Shown piece by piece: positions 1 through 10,346 of a stretch of 64,000 nt of DNA. The stretch is from positions 192,001 to 256,000 of the forward strand of contig JBPRGF010000023.1 of assembly GCA_051418015.1 (NCBI GenBank), given 5' to 3'. The first letter of the stretch is position 1. Every line of letters begins with the position of its first letter. Position numbers and translations under genes: made by a program. The notes below the pieces were generated by a model. The model was given only the letters and a program-made list of their open reading frames with translations, searched no databases and was not told where the DNA came from. The DNA comes from Candidatus Nitrospinota bacterium M3_3B_026. Lineage in GTDB: Bacteria > Nitrospinota_A > UBA7883 > JBPRGF01.

Positions 1-852
1 CTGATCTCCCATCCGGCGACATCCTTCGTCATGTTCACCGGGTCGTGGGAGACGGGCTCGGCCATCGTGGAGGCGGCGGCGGTAAAAAGGGCAGGCAGGC
101 GCGGCTTCATCAAGACCTTCGCAGAGATGGGAGGTAAAAACGCCGTAATCGTGGACGGGTCGGCCGACCTGGACGAGGCCGTCGCGGGGGTTGTATCGTC
201 CGCCTTCGGGTTCGGAGGGCAGAAATGCTCCGCCTGCTCGAGGGTGATCGCGCTGAATGATGTGTACGGCGATTTCGTGGAAAGACTCGTCGCCGCCGCG
301 GAGAGCCTCGTCGTAGGCCCCCCATCAGACCCCGCGTCCTTCTACGGGCCGCTGATCGACGAGGCGGCGGTGGAGAAAGCCGGAAAGTACATCAGGATGG
401 GGGAGAAAGAGGCCACGCCCCTGCTGGTCCGCAAGGATGTTTTCGAGAAGGGGCGCTTTGTCCCCCCCGCCCTGTTCGGCGACGTGGACCCCGCTTCGAG
501 CCTTGCCAGGGACGAAATATTCGGCCCCGTGCTCTCCGTCATGAGGGCGAAGGATATGAGCCGGGCGATAGAGATCGTCAACGGCTCCGATTACGCCCTT
601 ACAGCGGGCCTTTACTCGCGCACGCCTTCGAGCGTGGAGAAGCTCATGGAAGGAATAGAGGCGGGCAACGTCTACATCAACAGGGGGATCACCGGCGCCG
701 TCGTGGGAAGACAGCCTTTCGGCGGTTTCAAGAAATCCGGCGCGGGCTCGGCTAAGGCCGGGTCGCTCGCTCTTTTAAAGGAGCTTTCCATCCCCGTGGC
801 GGAGACGGAGAACATCGTCCGCCACGGCTTTTCGCCGGACATCGGGAGCTGA
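1..852 (+). CDS. putA: C-terminal part of delta-1-pyrroline-5-carboxylate dehydrogenase / PutA (5' truncated by window edge)
   Basis: Frame open from position 1; ALDH motifs FTGS, AEMGGKN, catalytic GQKCSACSR, EIFGP, GNVYINRGITGAVVGRQPFGG; PutA-like tail ENIVRHGFSP. Confidence 0.8.
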   Translation: MISHPATSFVMFTGSWETGSAIVEAAAVKRAGRRGFIKTFAEMGGKNAVIVDGSADLDEAVAGVVSSAFGFGGQKCSACSRVIALNDVYGDFVERLVAAAESLVVGPPSDPASFYGPLIDEAAVEKAGKYIRMGEKEATPLLVRKDVFEKGRFVPPALFGDVDPASSLARDEIFGPVLSVMRAKDMSRAIEIVNGSDYALTAGLYSRTPSSVEKLMEGIEAGNVYINRGITGAVVGRQPFGGFKKSGAGSAKAGSLALLKELSIPVAETENIVRHGFSPDIGS

Positions 853-875
853 CCCCCATCCTTCGGAGAGGACGC

Positions 876-2138
876 TCAGGCCTTCTCCAGAACACCGCCC
901 ACGGAGACGAAAAGCTCCGGGAATGTGGGGAAGGTTATGTTCACCGCCTCGGCGGTGTCTATCACCGTCTCCCCCCCCGCCGCCGAGGCGAGAAGCGCAA
1001 GGCTCATCACCACCCTGTGGTCGCCGTGGCCTGTGACCTGCGCGCCGCTCGGCTCGCCGCCGTGTATGATGAGCGCGTCCGGCTCCTCCTCGCATCTGAT
1101 CCCCATCTTCGCAAGCTCCCCGGCCATGACGGCTATGCGATCGGTCTCCTTTATCCTCGCCTGGGGGACGGCGCCGAGCCTCGTCGTCCCCTCCGCCAGC
1201 GCCGCCAGGGCGGCCATGGCGGGAAGGGCGTCCGGCGTGGCGTTCAGGTCAAGCTCCACCCCGGCTAGCTCCGCGCCCGTCACCGTGACGCGGTCATCCC
1301 CAACCGTGACACGCGCCCCCATCTGTTCAAGATAGCCGAAGACGGCCTTGTCGCCCTGCGGGTCGTTCATATCAAGCCCCAGCAATGTCACCTCGTTGCC
1401 CGGGATCGCGCCCATGCAGGCGAAGAAGGTCGCCGAGGAAAAATCGCCCGGAATCGTCTCCTCGAAGGGCCTGTAGCCCTGCCCTCCGCGGGTTCTGAAA
1501 AGCTCGTAGCCCTCTCTTTCGTACTCGATCCCCATCTTGTCAAGCCACGCCAGGGTCATGTCCGCGTAGGGTTTTTCGTTGAGGCGGGCGAGCATCAGGG
1601 TTGTGTCTTCCGGCGCGAGGGGGGTATGGACAAGGAGGCTTGAAAGATACTGAGACGTGGCGCCGTCCACCTTCGTCTTCCCGCCTTTTAGCGGCCCCGT
1701 GACCGTGGCCGGCAACTTTCCGTTCGCGCTCTCGGTCCTCGCGCCCAGATTTGACAGCGCCTCCAGCAACGGCCCCATCGGGCGGGCGCTGGTGCTCCTG
1801 TCACCGGTGATGGTTATGGGTACGCTGCCAAGCGACGCCATGGAAAGGATGAACCGGGCCGTCGTGCCGGAGTTGCCGACGTCCACCGGCGCGCCGGGCG
1901 CCGTGATCCTGCCTCCCGTCCCCCGTATCCTCCAGGCGTCCGCGGCCGCCTCCGCCTCCGCCCCGAGAGCGGACACAGCCGTCAGGGCCGACCGGCCGTC
2001 GCTGGATTCCAGCGGGTTCCTTATCGTGGAGACGCCCCCGGCCAGCGCGGCTATGAAGACGGCGCGGATCGTGTGCGACTTCGACGCCGGTATACGCGCC
2101 TCGCCACGGATACGCGAAGGTTTTACAGCGAATCTCAT
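876..2138 (-). CDS. aroA: 3-phosphoshikimate 1-carboxyvinyltransferase (EPSP synthase)
   Basis: PASKSHTIRA, GNSGTTARF, SSQ-like TSQYLSSLL, RIKETDRI, DHRVVMS motifs; ATG at 2138 preferred over ORF-track start 2168, which overlaps surE. Confidence 0.93.
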   Translation of the reverse strand: MRFAVKPSRIRGEARIPASKSHTIRAVFIAALAGGVSTIRNPLESSDGRSALTAVSALGAEAEAAADAWRIRGTGGRITAPGAPVDVGNSGTTARFILSMASLGSVPITITGDRSTSARPMGPLLEALSNLGARTESANGKLPATVTGPLKGGKTKVDGATSQYLSSLLVHTPLAPEDTTLMLARLNEKPYADMTLAWLDKMGIEYEREGYELFRTRGGQGYRPFEETIPGDFSSATFFACMGAIPGNEVTLLGLDMNDPQGDKAVFGYLEQMGARVTVGDDRVTVTGAELAGVELDLNATPDALPAMAALAALAEGTTRLGAVPQARIKETDRIAVMAGELAKMGIRCEEEPDALIIHGGEPSGAQVTGHGDHRVVMSLALLASAAGGETVIDTAEAVNITFPTFPELFVSVGGVLEKA

Positions 2139-2155
2139 CCCGCCGCCCTTCCGCG

Positions 2156-2926
2156 TCAGAGCCCCCATCCCCGGATATCGTCGAGAAGGTCGTAACGGGT
2201 GAGGTCGAAGTGTATCGGCGTGACGGTGACGTACCCCTGCTCCAGCAGGACGATGTCCGCGTCGTTGTCCTCGTCGTCCACGACCATGTCGCCGCCCTGC
2301 CAGTAGTAGTCATGCTGGCGCAGGTCCACTCTCTTTTCGAACACCTCCAGGAACTTGCTCGACCCCATGCGGCAGACGGCGACGCCCTTGATCTCGTCCG
2401 CGCCGAGGGGGGGGACGTTGACGTTGAGCAGGACCCCTTTCGGCAGGCCCTTCTCCGCGACTTTCCGGGCTATCCGCGCGCCGTAGTCCGCCGCGGTTGA
2501 AAAATCCCCGCTGGAAAAGGAGGCCAGGGAGACGGCGACCGACGGGATACCGAGGATCATCCCCTCCGTTGCGGCGGAGACGGTGCCCGAGTATATGACG
2601 TTCGTGGCCACGTTGGGGCCCTGGTTCACTCCGGAGACCACCACGTCCGGCCTGTGTTTCAATATGGCGCGGACGGCGATCTTCACGCAGTCGGCCGGGG
2701 TGCCGTTCACGGCTATACCGAAAAGCGACCCGTTCCTGTTCACGTTCCGAACGCGCAGCGGGTCCGTGATGGTGATGGCGTGCCCCACGGCGGACATCTC
2801 CATCTCCGGCGCCACGACGTCCACCTGGGTCTCTTCAGCGAAGGCGCCGCGCATCGCCTTCAGGCCCCTGGCGTTTATTCCATCGTCGTTCGTAAGCAGT
2901 ACTTTCAAATCACTCTCCACGTTCAA
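2156..2926 (-). CDS. surE: 5'/3'-nucleotidase SurE
   Basis: LLTNDDG, GTPADCV, SGVNQGPN, YSGTVSAA, YVTVTPI motifs. Confidence 0.95.
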   Translation of the reverse strand: MNVESDLKVLLTNDDGINARGLKAMRGAFAEETQVDVVAPEMEMSAVGHAITITDPLRVRNVNRNGSLFGIAVNGTPADCVKIAVRAILKHRPDVVVSGVNQGPNVATNVIYSGTVSAATEGMILGIPSVAVSLASFSSGDFSTAADYGARIARKVAEKGLPKGVLLNVNVPPLGADEIKGVAVCRMGSSKFLEVFEKRVDLRQHDYYWQGGDMVVDDEDNDADIVLLEQGYVTVTPIHFDLTRYDLLDDIRGWGL

Positions 2927-2960
2927 AAAAAGGCTCCAGCCTCGAGGTGAATTTTAGAGT

Positions 2961-3812
2961 TTATCGCAAAGCGGCGGACCCTATCCACAACACGCCGGAT
3001 TTCCCGTCCGTCAAGTCATGCGGACGCAGGTAGAAATTCATCGCCTCGATCTTCTCCGGGTACGCCCATTTCTCCGGGAAGACATACCCTTTCCCGGCCA
3101 GGTTGTAAAACCACATCTCGAAATCCGTGAAGGGGATGGTTATCCGGCTCCACTCACCCTTCGGATCAAGGCCGTTGACGGTCCAACCGACGGTCCCCTT
3201 TCCCCTGGACGTCATGACGCTCAGGCTGAAACTTTCCAGGCCCTCGCTTTTCACGGCCAGCTCCATGCCCTTCATGCCAGCGGCGCTGACGGGCTCCGGA
3301 AACTCGACAAGCCCCGCCGCGAACCTCTCGCCTCCCCCGCCAAGGCCGGCCACGGAGAGCCTGGCGGAGACCGGGACGGGTTCTTCCTCCGTCTTCACTA
3401 TCTCGAAGGCCGCCTTTGCGCCGGGGGAGCTTTTGAGTCTTGTCATGGAGGCCTGCCGCTCGGACGAGAAGTCCAGAAAGATCACCGGCGTGTCCGAAAG
3501 AGGGGGCGGCTCAGGCTTGGAGGCGCGTTGCCTGGCCCTTGCGAGCCTGGCCTCCCGCTCGCGCTCCATGGCCTTTTCTTTTTCCGACAGGCCGCTGAAA
3601 AGACCGCCCGAGCCTTCCAGCTCCTTCAATAGCATCTTCGCGGCCTTTTTCGTCTCCTCGATCACCCTCGTCGCCGCTCCCATCCCGCGGCCTGTCTCGA
3701 TAGACGCGACGAAGGAATAGACCCCAAACAGAAACACGGCCACGAAGACAAAAAAGGCTATGGGGATGTAATTCAGATAAGCGGGTGGGCCTTGTTTTTT
3801 CACCGCTTTCAA
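2961..3812 (-). CDS. Membrane-anchored hypothetical protein with possible CBM11/CIA30-like beta-sandwich domain
   Basis: N-terminal TM helix, charged helical linker, C-terminal W-x-x-I-x-I-P-F-x-D-F pattern typical of galactose-binding-like folds; co-oriented between ftsH and surE. Confidence 0.55.
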   Translation of the reverse strand: MKAVKKQGPPAYLNYIPIAFFVFVAVFLFGVYSFVASIETGRGMGAATRVIEETKKAAKMLLKELEGSGGLFSGLSEKEKAMEREREARLARARQRASKPEPPPLSDTPVIFLDFSSERQASMTRLKSSPGAKAAFEIVKTEEEPVPVSARLSVAGLGGGGERFAAGLVEFPEPVSAAGMKGMELAVKSEGLESFSLSVMTSRGKGTVGWTVNGLDPKGEWSRITIPFTDFEMWFYNLAGKGYVFPEKWAYPEKIEAMNFYLRPHDLTDGKSGVLWIGSAALR

Positions 3813-3883
3813 CGATCTTCAGGTTTTCGTCCCGCCATGGCGGCGGATCCGGCGGCAGGGCCGCGCGGCGCTCCGTGAAAACT

Positions 3884-5803
3884 TCAGGACCCGCCGACGC
3901 TCTCCCTGGAGCCGCGCTCCCCGCGCTCCAGCGCCACGCCCTCGTCCTCCTTCTCGCCTTTGCCGGAAGAGGCCGCGGCGCGCGCGGCTTCATCCCCGGT
4001 CTTCTCTTTGGAGGTTTTGCGCTCGTCCACCATCTTCTGGATTTCCGATCCGTCGACGACCTCGTTCTCCAGCAGAAGCTCCATCACCTCGTCCAGGACG
4101 TCCCTGTACTCGATGAGCAGGCTTTTGGCCGTGTTGTAGGCCTCATAGACGAGCTTTTTGACCTCCTTGTCTATCTCGATGGCCGTGTGTTCGCTGTAGT
4201 CGCGGTGCTGGGCGATCTCGCGGCCGAGGAAAATCTGCTCCTCCTTCTGGCCGAAGGCTATGGGCCCGAGCTTGTCGCTCATCCCCCACTCGCACACCAT
4301 CTTGCGCGCGAGGTTGCTCACCCGCTCGATGTCATTGGTGGCGCCAGTCGTGAGCTGGTCCAGCACAAGCTCCTCAGCCGCGCGGCCGCCCATCAGTATC
4401 TTCAGCTGGTTGACCAGGTAGCTTTTGGGGTGCGTGTGCTTTTCGTCCACCGGCAGCTGCTGGGTCACGCCGAGAGCCCTGCCACGGGGGATTATGCTCA
4501 CCTTGTGTATGGGGTCCGTCCCCGGCAGCAGGGACGCCACCAGGGCATGGCCGGCCTCGTGGACGGCGGTGGTTTTCTTCTCCTCGTCGCTTATTATCAT
4601 GGAGCGGCGCTCCGCCCCCATCATCACCTTGTCCTTGGCCTGCTCGAAATGGCGCATACCGACCTTGTCCGCGTCCTCCCTGGCCGCCAGCAGCGCCGCC
4701 TCGTTGGTCAGGTTGGCAAGGTCCGCCCCCGTGAAGCCGGGAGTGCCGCGGGCGAGGACGCGGATATTCACGTCGTCCTCGAGGGGCAGGTTGCGGGTGT
4801 GCACCTTGAGTATCGCCTCCCGGCCGCCTATGTCCGGCCGGGGGACGACTATCTGCCTGTCGAACCTGCCGGGGCGCAGAAGCGCCGGGTCCAGCACGTC
4901 GGGCCTGTTCGTGGCGGCGATGACGATGGCGCCCTCGTTGCCCTCGAACCCGTCCATCTCCACCAGCAGGGCGTTCAGCGTTTGCTCCCGCTCATCGTGG
5001 CCGCCTCCGAGGCCCGCGCCGCGATGCCGCCCCACGGCGTCTATCTCATCGACGAAGATAATGCACGGGGCGCTCTTTTTAGCCTGCTCGAAAAGGTCTC
5101 GCACGCGGGAGGCGCCGACGCCGACGAACATCTCCACGAAGTCAGAGCCGGATATGGAAAAGAACGGCACGCCGGCCTCGCCGGCTATGGCGCGGGCCAG
5201 CAGGGTCTTGCCGGTCCCCGGAGGGCCCATCAGCAGAACGCCTTTGGGTATCTTGCCGCCGAGTTTCTGGAACTTCTGGGGGTCCTTCAGAAACTCGATA
5301 ATCTCCTGCAGGTCGTCCTTGGCCTCCTCCACGCCGGCCACGTCTTTGAAAGTGGCTTTCTGGTTCGTGTCAGAGACGAGCCTGGCCTTGCTCTTGCCGA
5401 AAGACAGCGCCCGCGTCCCGCCGTTTTGCATCTGGCGCATGAAAAATATCCAGATGGCTATCAGCAGGATCATCGGGAACCAGGAGATCAGGACGCTGAG
5501 GTACCACGGCGTCTGCTCCTGGGGGCGGACGGTCACCTTGACCTCGGCCTCCCGGAGGTCCTGGAAAAGCTCCGGGTAATCCATGATGTAGACCCGGAAA
5601 TTCCTGCCGTCCACGAACTTTCCGAGGGCCGTGTTGCCCTGGATGATTACTTCGCCTATCTTTCCGTTCTCCACCGAGTTTATGAACTCGGTGAAAGTTA
5701 TCTCGGAACCCGCCGGCCTGGTCTGGCTGAACATGTTGAACAGGGCTATCATCACGAGCCCCACGACCAGCCAGAGGGCTATGTTTTTGTAAAACTGGTT
5801 CAA
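3884..5803 (-). CDS. ftsH: ATP-dependent zinc metalloprotease FtsH
   Basis: Two N-terminal TMs, Walker A GPPGTGKT, Walker [26 protein letters not shown] zinc motif. Confidence 0.98.
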   Translation of the reverse strand: MNQFYKNIALWLVVGLVMIALFNMFSQTRPAGSEITFTEFINSVENGKIGEVIIQGNTALGKFVDGRNFRVYIMDYPELFQDLREAEVKVTVRPQEQTPWYLSVLISWFPMILLIAIWIFFMRQMQNGGTRALSFGKSKARLVSDTNQKATFKDVAGVEEAKDDLQEIIEFLKDPQKFQKLGGKIPKGVLLMGPPGTGKTLLARAIAGEAGVPFFSISGSDFVEMFVGVGASRVRDLFEQAKKSAPCIIFVDEIDAVGRHRGAGLGGGHDEREQTLNALLVEMDGFEGNEGAIVIAATNRPDVLDPALLRPGRFDRQIVVPRPDIGGREAILKVHTRNLPLEDDVNIRVLARGTPGFTGADLANLTNEAALLAAREDADKVGMRHFEQAKDKVMMGAERRSMIISDEEKKTTAVHEAGHALVASLLPGTDPIHKVSIIPRGRALGVTQQLPVDEKHTHPKSYLVNQLKILMGGRAAEELVLDQLTTGATNDIERVSNLARKMVCEWGMSDKLGPIAFGQKEEQIFLGREIAQHRDYSEHTAIEIDKEVKKLVYEAYNTAKSLLIEYRDVLDEVMELLLENEVVDGSEIQKMVDERKTSKEKTGDEAARAAASSGKGEKEDEGVALERGERGSRESVGGS

Positions 5804-5958
5804 ACCTGCTCTCCCGGTTGGATCAACGATCTAATGGGTCTTACTTGAGACTCAATGCATCTACATTAACATGCGTGGCGGCGCGCCTCAATCTATTTCA
5901 AGCCCGCGGCGGCGTGTCCCTCAGGGGCTGGATGAGACGAACGGGGAAATCCCGGCCG

Positions 5959-6375
5959 CTACCGTTTTTCAGCCCCGGCGCCCTCCTCCGTGGAGGGCGG
6001 AGCGGGGGGCAGGGTCCTGGAGAAAGTCTCCGCGGCGATGGGAAGAGAGGCCGCGGGCTCTTCCCCGGGAACGGGGTAGACGCCGGGCTCATCCGGGAGG
6101 GGTTTTTGTTTCAGCTCGGTAAGCTCTTTTTCCAGACGGGAGACCTTCCTTGAAAGCCTCCAGTTTCTGCCCTTTTCCCTCAACGAAGAGACAGCCCACC
6201 CCAGCCCCGCAAGCAGAGCCCCCGCGCCGAAGGAAGCCAGGATGGCGACCCACAGCCTGACGGTGTACTCGTACCCGAAAAAGTAGGATATATCCACCAT
6301 CCCCTGGTTCTTTACGGCGAAGGTGACCAGGAAGAAAACGATTATAAGGCCGAGTACAAGTTTGACCGCCAACAT
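5959..6375 (-). CDS. LapA-family (DUF1049) membrane protein
   Basis: Two TM helices with FAVKNQGMV linker followed by a basic coiled coil. Confidence 0.65.
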   Translation of the reverse strand: MLAVKLVLGLIIVFFLVTFAVKNQGMVDISYFFGYEYTVRLWVAILASFGAGALLAGLGWAVSSLREKGRNWRLSRKVSRLEKELTELKQKPLPDEPGVYPVPGEEPAASLPIAAETFSRTLPPAPPSTEEGAGAEKR

Positions 6376-6381
6376 GGGCTT

Positions 6382-6885
6382 TTACTCTTCCCCCCGCGGT
6401 TTGTCATCATCGCCCCGGCCGCTCTCCCCGCCGGACCGGGGAGAGGGTTCGCCGCCCGCCGCGGCTTCGTCCGCCTTTTTCCCTTCACCGCCCGCCGGCT
6501 TCTGAAAAGAGCTGGCGCCGCTGGCCCCGGCGGATGACGCGGCGGCCTTCTCTCGCCTGGCGGACCTGAGCTTTTGCCGGTATTCTTCCCTTTCGCGCCG
6601 GGCCTCGGCTTTCCGCTGGTCGATGGCCTCCTCGGCCTTCGATATCTCATCCCCGGCCGAGCGCGTCTCCTCGACAAGTCTTTTGACCTTTTCGTCCTCC
6701 CAGGCGGGTTTCCCTTCAGCGATGTTCCTGTATACGGCCTCCCCAAGCTTGGTCAGCAGGCCGTTTCTTTTGTTGGAGAAGCCTATTATCCTGAGTTTCA
6801 GCCTCATGATCTCGATGAAGTGGGACGTCTGCCGCCATGCGGCCCTCAGGGTATCCTTCAAAACCTCAAGAAAGCTCATATACAA
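6382..6885 (-). CDS. Hypothetical coiled-coil protein
   Basis: Fits tightly between neighbouring minus-strand genes; helical N-terminus (KLGEAVY) and low-complexity tail. Confidence 0.6.
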   Translation of the reverse strand: MYMSFLEVLKDTLRAAWRQTSHFIEIMRLKLRIIGFSNKRNGLLTKLGEAVYRNIAEGKPAWEDEKVKRLVEETRSAGDEISKAEEAIDQRKAEARREREEYRQKLRSARREKAAASSAGASGASSFQKPAGGEGKKADEAAAGGEPSPRSGGESGRGDDDKPRGEE

Positions 6886-6900
6886 AAATCCCCGCCTCGT

Positions 6901-7812
6901 TTAAAGCCCCGTTCCCCTCTCTTCGGACTCGATCGGCTGAGTCTCTATGTCAAGCGGGGAAAGGGGCTCCATGATGTCCCCGTCGCTTTCTCCCTCCTCG
7001 GGCGTCCCGGCCTCCGCGTCCATCGGCTCTTCCATTCCGGCCGGGCTCTGCTCTTCCTCCAGCCCCGTAACGGGCTCATCCACACCGATCTCCTCTTCTT
7101 CGGGAAGGTATTCTCCCACGTCCCCGGGCTCGGGGGCGCCGGGCCCTTCCTCCATGACCACGGCTGGCTCTTCGGTCTCCACGGGCTCCTCCATCAGCGG
7201 CGATTCTTCTTCGGCTCCAGGGGCCAGGGCGTCGGCGCCAGGCGCCACGAATATCCCCGCCCTTCCCTCTTCCGGGGCTCGCTTCCCGGCGTCCGACCCG
7301 AGGACAGCGAGAAGCCCGAGCGTCTCATCCTTCAACTCGCGGGCCCTTTCGGCCGCCTCCGGCCCCCCCAGCGCGATCGCCTCGTCAAGGGCGTTCAGGG
7401 TTTGCCTCAGCTCGGCCCGGGCGGCGGCGGCGCTGGCCGCCCTGCCCTCCTCCCGTTGCGCTCGAAGCTGGCCGGACAGTTTCCTCACGGCGGCGTTCAG
7501 CCTCTCCATCTCGCCGGACACGTCACCCGCGACCTTCCACGCCATGAAACCCACGGCAAGGACCGCCGCCAGCGAGACAACGGCCGCCACGTTGGCCAAT
7601 GAGAGAATGGCCCTCGAAGAGCGTTCCCGGCCCCTATCTTCCTCCTCGAAGCCGTAGTCATATGGTGAACGGCCGCTTTCCACGTAGTCGGCCATTCTCC
7701 TCCTGGCGTCGCCTGCGCGCCCGGCGCTTTCCCTGGACTCCGGCGGCGCCGGGGCGTCCGGATTGGGAGGACGGTCTTCCCCGGACGAGGAGCCTTCGTT
7801 TTTCTCCGTCAT
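6901..7812 (-). CDS. Hypothetical single-pass membrane protein with acidic disordered C-terminus
   Basis: One TM (AAVVSLAAVLAVGFMAW), coiled coil, Glu/Pro-rich tail; first gene of a minus-strand run. Confidence 0.6.
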   Translation of the reverse strand: MTEKNEGSSSGEDRPPNPDAPAPPESRESAGRAGDARRRMADYVESGRSPYDYGFEEEDRGRERSSRAILSLANVAAVVSLAAVLAVGFMAWKVAGDVSGEMERLNAAVRKLSGQLRAQREEGRAASAAAARAELRQTLNALDEAIALGGPEAAERARELKDETLGLLAVLGSDAGKRAPEEGRAGIFVAPGADALAPGAEEESPLMEEPVETEEPAVVMEEGPGAPEPGDVGEYLPEEEEIGVDEPVTGLEEEQSPAGMEEPMDAEAGTPEEGESDGDIMEPLSPLDIETQPIESEERGTGL

Positions 7813-7843
7813 CTAAATAGCCCCGTAGGATTCAACAGAAAAT

Positions 7844-7871
7844 TTGACCTCGCGCCCGTTATCCGCATAAT
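7844..7871 (+). promoter_or_regulatory. Candidate sigma70 promoter upstream of folD
   Basis: TTGACC-N16-CATAAT in the intergenic region. Confidence 0.4.
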
Positions 7872-8021
7872 ATCTTCTCTCGGCGGGGACATTTGCAAAT
7901 CTTCCCGGCTTTTGCGCGCGCGGCCGTGGCTTTTTAATTATGGAAAAATCGTACTTGAGCTTCCCTTGAGCGTCAAGACCAATTAAGGTTCCAGGTTTTA
8001 CAAGAGGAGATTGAACGAGTA

Positions 8022-8879
8022 ATGACGGTAAAGATAGACGGCAGGGAGGTGGCGGCCTCCATTCGCGAAGAGATCAAAAAGGAGACCTGGCACATAGAGA
8101 AGGAGAAGGGCGAGCGCCCCGGCCTCGCCGTCATCCTCGTGGGCGACGACCCGGCCTCGCAGGTCTACGTCCGCCTGAAGAAAAAGGGATGCGAGGAGGT
8201 GGGGATCACATCCTACCAGCATATCCTCCCGGCGGACACGGGGATGGAGGAGCTGCTAGCCCTGATCGACAGGCTGAACACGGATCCCAAGGTGAACGGG
8301 ATACTGGTCCAGTTGCCGTTGCCGGATCATATGGATAAAAGCGTCGTCCTGGACAGGATCCACCCGGACAAGGACGTGGACGGCTTTCATCCGGTGAACG
8401 TGGGGCTGCTGTCGCACAAGCTGGCCAAACTCATGCCCTGTACGCCGTCGGGCTGCATGGAGCTTCTCGACCGGAGCCACATCCCCATCGAGGGCGCCCA
8501 CGCGGTGGTGGCGGGCAGGTCTGACATCGTGGGCAAGCCGGTGGCCATGATGCTGTTGCACAGGAACGCCACGGTCACCATCTGCCACTCCAGAACAAAA
8601 GACCTCAAGGCGATAACCTCCCAGGCGGACATACTCGTCGCCGCCATCGGCAGGCCGGGGACGATCACCGCGGACATGGTGAAGGAGGGGGCGGCCGTAA
8701 TAGACGTCGGCGTCAACAAGGTGGACAACAAGATAGTGGGCGACGTGGACTATGACGGCGTCTTCGGCAAGGCTGGGTGGATAACCCCCGTGCCCGGCGG
8801 CGTCGGGCCGATGACTATCGCCATGCTGCTTTACAACACGATGCTCGCCTACAAAATCCAGCGCGGGCTGGTGGTCTAG
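8022..8879 (+). CDS. folD: Bifunctional methylenetetrahydrofolate dehydrogenase/cyclohydrolase
   Basis: YVRLK, GILVQLPLP, KDVDGFHP, PCTPSG, GRSDIVGKP, TPVPGGVGPMT. Confidence 0.97.
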   Translation: MTVKIDGREVAASIREEIKKETWHIEKEKGERPGLAVILVGDDPASQVYVRLKKKGCEEVGITSYQHILPADTGMEELLALIDRLNTDPKVNGILVQLPLPDHMDKSVVLDRIHPDKDVDGFHPVNVGLLSHKLAKLMPCTPSGCMELLDRSHIPIEGAHAVVAGRSDIVGKPVAMMLLHRNATVTICHSRTKDLKAITSQADILVAAIGRPGTITADMVKEGAAVIDVGVNKVDNKIVGDVDYDGVFGKAGWITPVPGGVGPMTIAMLLYNTMLAYKIQRGLVV

Positions 8880-8892
8880 AAACCAGCGAGCC

Positions 8893-10329
8893 ATGCCTGA
8901 GGACGAAGGCCGCAAAATATACACCGTCGCGGAGCTTTCCCGCGACATCAAGACCATCCTGGAGGGCGCTTTTTCGAGCGTCTGGGTCGAGGGCGAAGTC
9001 TCCAAGTTTTTCGTTCAGCCCGTCTCCGGGCACGCCTACATAACCATCAAGGACGAACAGGCCGTTCTCAACGCGGTCATGTGGAAGAGCAAGAGAGCCT
9101 ACCTCAAGTTCGAGCCCAAAATGGGCGACCTTATCGTCTGCCGCGGCAGGGTGTCGGCCTACGGTAAGCGCAGCGAGTACCAGCTCGTCGTGGAGGCGAT
9201 GGAGCCAAAGGGGCTGGGGGCGCTTCAGGCGGCTTTCGAGCAGCTGAAAAAAAAGCTGGCCGCCGAGGGGCTCTTCGACGAGAAACATAAAAAACCGCTT
9301 CCCGACATCCCATGGTCCGTCGGCCTGGTCACGGCTCCGAAGGGCGCGGCCGTCCGCGACATGGCGCGGACGATCAATCGCAGGTTTCCCGGCCTGCGGA
9401 TAGTTCTCGCCCCGGTTAGAGTGCAGGGCGAAGGGGCGGCCGAGGAAATCGCGGCGGCGATAAAAGATTTCAATGAGTATGGGAAGGTGGACGTCATCAT
9501 AGCCGGGCGCGGCGGCGGCTCGCTGGAGGACCTCTGGGCGTTCAACGAGGAGGTGGTGGCGCGGGCCATATTCGCGTCGAAAATCCCGGTCGTCTCCGCC
9601 GTGGGGCACGAGACGGACTTTACGATAGCCGACTTCACGGCGGACGTGAGAGCCTCCACGCCCACCGCCGCGGCGGAGCTTGTCGCGCCGGAGAAGGAGA
9701 CAGTCTACAGGCAGATCGACGATCACGCCAGGCGGCTGACCGTGGCCCTTCGCGACATGACGGAGAAATATATTAGAGACGTCGACGAGCTTTACGCAAG
9801 GGGGCGACGGGCCGTCGAATCCTCGAACCGGGAACTTAAAGAGCGCCTGAACGGCGCCGCGCGCCACCTTGGGGCGCTCAGCCCGATGGCAAGGCTGAAA
9901 GAGAGAAAAACCATCGCCGCGACTCTTTCAAGGCGGCTCGGGAGGTCCGCCGAAAAGGCGACAAAGGAAAAACGAAAAGAGGCGCGGGCGTTCGCCTCAA
10001 GACTTTTCGCCTTCAGGCCGGAGCGGGTGGCGGCCCAGCTTCGCGGCGTACTCGATAAAAACCTCGCCACCCTCGTGGACAGGACGCGGGCGCTCGCCTC
10101 CATCAGGCGCGGACGGCTGGAGACGGCCGCGGGCAGGCTCAACGCCGTCAGCCCCCTGGCGGTGCTCGAGCGCGGGTACAGCATCGTCTCATCGCCCGAC
10201 GGCAAGAGGGTTTACAGATCGATCAAAACCCTGAAACCGGGCGACAGGGTCAGGATCCGCATGGCCGACGGCCACACCGGCGCCACGATCAGCGGCGACA
10301 GGTCTGAACGGCAGGAAAAACTTTTTTGA
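8893..10329 (+). CDS. xseA: Exodeoxyribonuclease VII large subunit
   Basis: VWVEGEVS, SGHAYITIKD, GRGGGSLEDLWAFNEE, SAVGHETD, TPTAAAE, VLERGYS. Confidence 0.97.
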   Translation: MPEDEGRKIYTVAELSRDIKTILEGAFSSVWVEGEVSKFFVQPVSGHAYITIKDEQAVLNAVMWKSKRAYLKFEPKMGDLIVCRGRVSAYGKRSEYQLVVEAMEPKGLGALQAAFEQLKKKLAAEGLFDEKHKKPLPDIPWSVGLVTAPKGAAVRDMARTINRRFPGLRIVLAPVRVQGEGAAEEIAAAIKDFNEYGKVDVIIAGRGGGSLEDLWAFNEEVVARAIFASKIPVVSAVGHETDFTIADFTADVRASTPTAAAELVAPEKETVYRQIDDHARRLTVALRDMTEKYIRDVDELYARGRRAVESSNRELKERLNGAARHLGALSPMARLKERKTIAATLSRRLGRSAEKATKEKRKEARAFASRLFAFRPERVAAQLRGVLDKNLATLVDRTRALASIRRGRLETAAGRLNAVSPLAVLERGYSIVSSPDGKRVYRSIKTLKPGDRVRIRMADGHTGATISGDRSERQEKLF

Positions 10330-10346
10330 TGTGTTAAACTGCGCTC

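Noticed and set aside
3785..5848. 687-aa plus-strand ORF
   Set aside because: Antisense shadow of ftsH; no motifs; expected in GC-rich coding DNA
7872..8021. Long leader before folD as a possible ZTP or THF riboswitch
   Set aside because: I could not find the conserved aptamer motifs by eye; an Rfam/Infernal scan would settle it
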